64,000 nucleotides of DNA from an uncultured Ignavibacteriaceae bacterium (lineage in GTDB: Bacteria > Bacteroidota > Ignavibacteria > UBA10030 > BY39), in the NCBI GenBank assembly GCA_964581995.1, contig CAZOQB010000007.1, positions 58,028 through 122,027 of the forward strand, read 5' to 3'. Both the position numbers and the translations under genes were made by a program. Below the pieces are notes generated by a model, which was not told the origin of the DNA, did not search any database, and worked only from the letters and a program-made list of their open reading frames with translations. The stretch's first letter is position 1, and the number at the start of each line of letters is the position of its first letter. Below are positions 60,723-64,000 of this stretch, piece by piece.

Positions 60723-62198
60723 TTAGTATGCTCCCTTACCAAACAGTGCAACGGGAATTGTCTCAAATAAAATTTCTAAATCAAACATGATGGACTGATT
60801 CTCGATGTAATATAAATCGAGCAGAACCATTTCTTTAAAACTCAATTCTCTCCTGCCAGATATTTGCCATAGCCCGGTTATGCCAGGTTTGGCATTCGCT
60901 CTTAACTTATAATACCCACCGATTGTATTTTCTGGCGCGATATTACTTAAATCAGCAATCGAGAGAGGCCTCGGTCCTACCAGACTCATTTCACCCTTTA
61001 AAACATTAAAAAATTGCGGTATCTCATCCAAACTAAACTTTCTAATAATTTTGCCAACCTTTGTAAGACGTGGGTCATCTTCTACTCTGAATAAACCACC
61101 CGAAGTCTGGTTGATTTTATACAAATCATCCTGTAGGGCTTCTGCATTTTTTACCATACTACGGAATTTGTAAAATAAAAATTCATTCTTTCCTTTTACC
61201 AATGCTCGTTTTTGACTAAAATAAATCGGAAATCCATTTTCGATAATAATGGCGAGCGATATCAAGATAAAGAATGGTGATAATAAAATCAGCGCTAATA
61301 TACTTCCGATAATATCAAAGCCCCTCTTAATGAAGTTTTTGATAAACATTATTTTTGTACGGGGCGGCGAATATAAAGGTATTCCGGCCATATCCAGGAT
61401 GTACGCAAACCTTAGCAGGTTCTCTGATTCCGGCGAAACGATTTTAAACTTTATCCGGTTTTTCTCACATTTATGTAGTATCTTTGCAAAACCATTCTGT
61501 CCGTCGATTATCGTTGGGGTTAGTATTGTATCGATCTCTTCATTTTTGGCAGCTTTCTCAAGCTGTGAAACGATATAATTGGATGTCAATTTACCGAATT
61601 CATTCTGCTCGTGCAATTCTTTGGCTGCATGATCACTAAAAATAAATCCTTTTACTTTATAGCCCAACTCCGGATATAGAATTATTTTCTCGAATACTTG
61701 TTTACCGTCGGGTCCGTTTCCATATATCAATACGTTTCGTACACCCCAGCCTCTTTTTTGGAATTTTAAGTGAAGCCGGTATAGAATGCTTCTTCCGATA
61801 GTAAACACAAAAGGGAGTAAAACGATAAAGAACAATACAAACCTTCTTGGAAATTCAGACTGTTGCAGTAAATAAAAAGAAGCGAAGATCATTAACATAG
61901 AATACAAGTATGCTTTGCCGGCGAGTTTATACTGCTGAGTTCTATTACTCTGGAATGATGTGCGGTACAAGCCAAATATTAACCCAAAGAATATAAGTAT
62001 GACCCAATAGTTGAAAGTAAAAAATATAAACTTTGTAATAGTGATAGTTGGAAGGTCTGGTATCAGGTTTCGGATCAGATATGCTGCCTTACTGCTTATT
62101 ATTATAGCGGTTGTATCAACAGCGAGAGAGAAAAGAATAAAAATAGTACGCCAGTTGCGCTTTAAGAAGCTCTTAAATATGTTATAGCTAGATTTCAT
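60723..62198 (-). CDS. Polyprenyl-phosphate glycosyl-1-phosphate transferase (WbaP/bacterial sugar transferase family), polysaccharide initiating enzyme
   Basis: N-terminal TM bundle plus C-terminal bacterial sugar transferase domain (…FDIIGSILALILLSPFF…KFRSM…PGITGLWQISGR). Confidence 0.85.
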   Translation of the reverse strand: MKSSYNIFKSFLKRNWRTIFILFSLAVDTTAIIISSKAAYLIRNLIPDLPTITITKFIFFTFNYWVILIFFGLIFGLYRTSFQSNRTQQYKLAGKAYLYSMLMIFASFYLLQQSEFPRRFVLFFIVLLPFVFTIGRSILYRLHLKFQKRGWGVRNVLIYGNGPDGKQVFEKIILYPELGYKVKGFIFSDHAAKELHEQNEFGKLTSNYIVSQLEKAAKNEEIDTILTPTIIDGQNGFAKILHKCEKNRIKFKIVSPESENLLRFAYILDMAGIPLYSPPRTKIMFIKNFIKRGFDIIGSILALILLSPFFILISLAIIIENGFPIYFSQKRALVKGKNEFLFYKFRSMVKNAEALQDDLYKINQTSGGLFRVEDDPRLTKVGKIIRKFSLDEIPQFFNVLKGEMSLVGPRPLSIADLSNIAPENTIGGYYKLRANAKPGITGLWQISGRRELSFKEMVLLDLYYIENQSIMFDLEILFETIPVALFGKGAY

Positions 62199-62823
62199 TT
62201 AGGTACGATTTTACTTTCTTTTCGATAACAGTAAAAACCACATTTGGGTCTATATGAAAACCACTCATAAATTTTATCGGCAGCATTTCTAAATCTTCGT
62301 AGGATAACAAACATTTAATATAAATAGCTTCATTAAAATCTTTGTGCTTTTTCTTGGCAGCACCAATCAGTTCACCTAATTCGTATTTATTCATAATGTA
62401 ATACAAATCTACATAATCCTTATAGGATGCCCTCGGAAGAGCAAGTATCTTCATAATTCCGATCTCAAGAATACCGGCAATATTGAAGTATTCTGTATCG
62501 ACAAAGGGGGAAATATTTTCGTACTCAAGTTTGAAAAAGGATAATTTTATTTCATCATTTAACAAACATGTATATGTATTTTCTTCATTTTGAATTACCG
62601 ATATTGTGTGTGTTGGAAATAATTTATGCAACTCTGAATCTAACCGGTCATTCTTGAATGGTCCAATTGTAAAATAATCAAAATCTTCCGATACCCGATG
62701 ACCTATTTGTAATGCTAATCCGGTGCCGCCAGCTAAATAAAATCTGTTTTTAAAAGTCTGAAGTTCTTTAACGATACTAAATCGTTTATTGTTTAGTACA
62801 TCGTAATGTAGTTTTATGTCCAT
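62188..62823 (-). CDS. Nucleotidyltransferase of the AbiEii/AbiGii (DUF1814) toxin family
   Basis: FYLAGGTGLALQIGHRVSEDFDYFT matches the AbiEii core. Overlaps wbaP by 11 nt and the upstream small gene by 10 nt. Confidence 0.6.
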   Translation of the reverse strand: MDIKLHYDVLNNKRFSIVKELQTFKNRFYLAGGTGLALQIGHRVSEDFDYFTIGPFKNDRLDSELHKLFPTHTISVIQNEENTYTCLLNDEIKLSFFKLEYENISPFVDTEYFNIAGILEIGIMKILALPRASYKDYVDLYYIMNKYELGELIGAAKKKHKDFNEAIYIKCLLSYEDLEMLPIKFMSGFHIDPNVVFTVIEKKVKSYLNEI

Positions 62824-63071
62824 AAATCATTATAGCTGCTTAATTTTTTCCAGAATGAATAACTTCTCCTGTCTAGCGAATTTTTTCCTTTTCTCGATAG
62901 ATAGTCGATTACATATTCACGCTCTAAGTTTTTTAGCACCCATTTTATTGCATCGATATCGCCAAACTGCATAAGCCGACTTAGTATGTAACCTTTATGT
63001 AAATCGAGATCAAGCTTGCTCTTATCGCAATCCCAAAAATATTTTAAGAGATTTGGTGTAAGTTTAGGCAT
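62814..63071 (-). CDS. Small protein (85 aa) translationally coupled upstream of the AbiEii-like gene; putative cognate partner or antitoxin
   Basis: Genetic context only. Confidence 0.4.
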   Translation of the reverse strand: MPKLTPNLLKYFWDCDKSKLDLDLHKGYILSRLMQFGDIDAIKWVLKNLEREYVIDYLSRKGKNSLDRRSYSFWKKLSSYNDLWT

Positions 63072-63230
63072 CTATATGGATTCTATTAACTTCATTAGAC
63101 AGGTATAATTCCACCAGTAATCTAAATAAAAATCAAGTTAATTTCAATACCAATTGAGAGAGAATAGATTATTTTCGTTCGATGGCGATTTTACTTCAGT
63201 TTTCGTTGTTTATGAAGGTTTCTTTTACAA

Positions 63231-63345
63231 CCTGTACGTCAAACATTCCCGGTAAGTCGGACATTTTCCAACGACATCCCACTGGACCTGTCCGACCACA
63301 TGGCGGTCAACCATTCCCGGTAGGCCGGACTTTCTTGTCCGACCA
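63231..63345. repeat. GC-rich imperfect tandem repeat (about 72 nt plus about 41 nt) with internal gtcggac…gtccgac inverted repeats
   Basis: cattcccggtaagtcggacatttt…gtccgaccac / cattcccggtaggccggactttct…gtccgaccac. Confidence 0.45.
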
Positions 63346-63841
63346 CCTCACAGTTTGAGGATTCAGTTTAGATTTATTTTTGAAAAAGAACTCAACCCCT
63401 ATCAGTATTCAAACAAAATTCCCGGGGTTGATTCAAAAGTAAAGAAACCCGTCATTCCGAATTTTGTTCGGAATCTGAATATAGCCAAACTGCTTGCTTT
63501 GCATTGATGCTGAAAGAAGTTCAGCATGACAGTTGACTTTTTGGACAGCCTCGGTCAGGGGATGAGTTCGAATAATATGATTAGTTTTTACACAAACCTG
63601 ATACCGTTTGCAAACTACTGTCCTCTCAAATATCCAAAACTTTTACCGATGTACCTAAGTGAACCTGCTGTAAGTCGGTTTTAAAAAACCGACCTGCTTC
63701 ACTTTTGCCATTTGAATTTGAAATTGATTTACAAATTGGAATTTGTATTTGGAATTTATTTGTTATTTGGCTTGCCCTGTTGAATAATTCAATCGTGCAA
63801 AAGTACTGCGAAAAAACGAAATATTCCACAGGGTGAACTTG

Positions 63842-64000
63842 TTATTTGAGATTTTGCAGCATTCCATCCAACACTTTAGCTGACGAATCCCAGTTATATT
63901 TTGCTAAAATCTGTCCCCTTTTTTCCAGCGCGAATTGCTTGTGCACTCCGAGGTTTTTTAAAACCAAACTTAATATATTGCACAAGCTTTCACTATCCCC
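63842..64000 (-). CDS. C-terminal end of a probable family-1 glycosyltransferase (3'-partial in the window)
   Basis: My minus-strand translation gives …KNLGVHKQFALEKRGQILAKYNWDSSAKVLDGMLQNLK*, typical of a GT1 C-terminus. Confidence 0.4.
   Translation of the reverse strand, partial: GDSESLCNILSLVLKNLGVHKQFALEKRGQILAKYNWDSSAKVLDGMLQNLK

Noticed and set aside
63380-63620. Possible tRNA or tmRNA (T-loop-like agttcgaat; ggggttgattc)
   Set aside because: No acceptor stem/CCA context, anticodon arm or D-arm could be assembled; the motifs are isolated.
63626-63829. 67-aa ORF on the minus strand
   Set aside because: Lies in repeat-rich, AT-rich non-coding sequence; no RBS; low-complexity translation.
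1-64000. Search for CRISPR arrays, IS elements, integrases and rRNA/tRNA genes
   Set aside because: No regularly spaced direct repeats, no transposase- or integrase-like ORFs and no rRNA- or tRNA-like conserved blocks were seen. The only repeats are the two-copy units reported above.

Overview
The window is about 36-37% GC, gene-dense, and mostly single-copy chromosomal sequence. A Por/T9SS C-terminal sorting tail, a System-I cytochrome c maturation cluster and the ND(G)DG-type FG-GAP repeats suggest a Bacteroidota/Ignavibacteriota-like (FCB group) organism; this is an inference. No rRNA, tRNA, CRISPR array, transposase or integrase was found.

Order of contents:
1. The 3' end of an HME-RND efflux pump gene (CusA/CzcA family).
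2. A metal (probably Cu/Ag) homeostasis island (2.7-8.0 kb). It holds two paralogous secreted Cys-rich proteins, one of them disrupted by a GC-rich hairpin-dense segment. It also holds a tandem HMBD protein, a Met/His-rich Ig-like lipoprotein, a FixH/YtkA-like lipoprotein, a CopZ-like HMA lipoprotein and a YHS-HMA-CopA P1B-ATPase.
3. ccmABCDE on the minus strand, with a CxxxY-variant CcmE and an unannotated ccmD.
4. A T9SS-sorted metalloprotease and a large FG-GAP protein.
5. A thioesterase and a BamD-like lipoprotein.
6. A four-gene NuoE/NuoF-GltD/NuoG-Nterm/GltS-FMN oxidoreductase cluster. It resembles Bfu/Stn-type electron-bifurcating enzymes but carries a glutamate-synthase-like FMN subunit.
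7. A REC-REC-PPDK_N fusion protein next to gdhA.
8. A response regulator with a degenerate DHp domain and a 2025-aa PAS/GAF histidine kinase with an N-terminal P-loop-less KaiC/RecA-like domain.
9. A butyryl-CoA pathway trio (thiolase, hbd, acyl-CoA dehydrogenase).
10. An OmpA-TSP3 protein, rho, folC, pyrDK and a TPR lipoprotein.
11. A Spy/CpxP-like protein, then an SDR-folE-PTPS cluster consistent with BH4 biosynthesis.
12. An internally deleted ahpC remnant beside two intact peroxiredoxins.
13. An outer-membrane/polysaccharide locus (uxs, ugd, wbaP) that embeds lutABC and two toxin-antitoxin-like pairs (DUF433/DUF5615; small protein plus an AbiEii-like nucleotidyltransferase overlapping wbaP).
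14. A 770-bp non-coding region with GC-rich tandem repeats and several hairpins.

The three observations I rate highest are the Bfu-like GltS cluster, the hairpin island inside the metal-binding gene, and the set of uncharacterised secreted Cys/Met-rich proteins.
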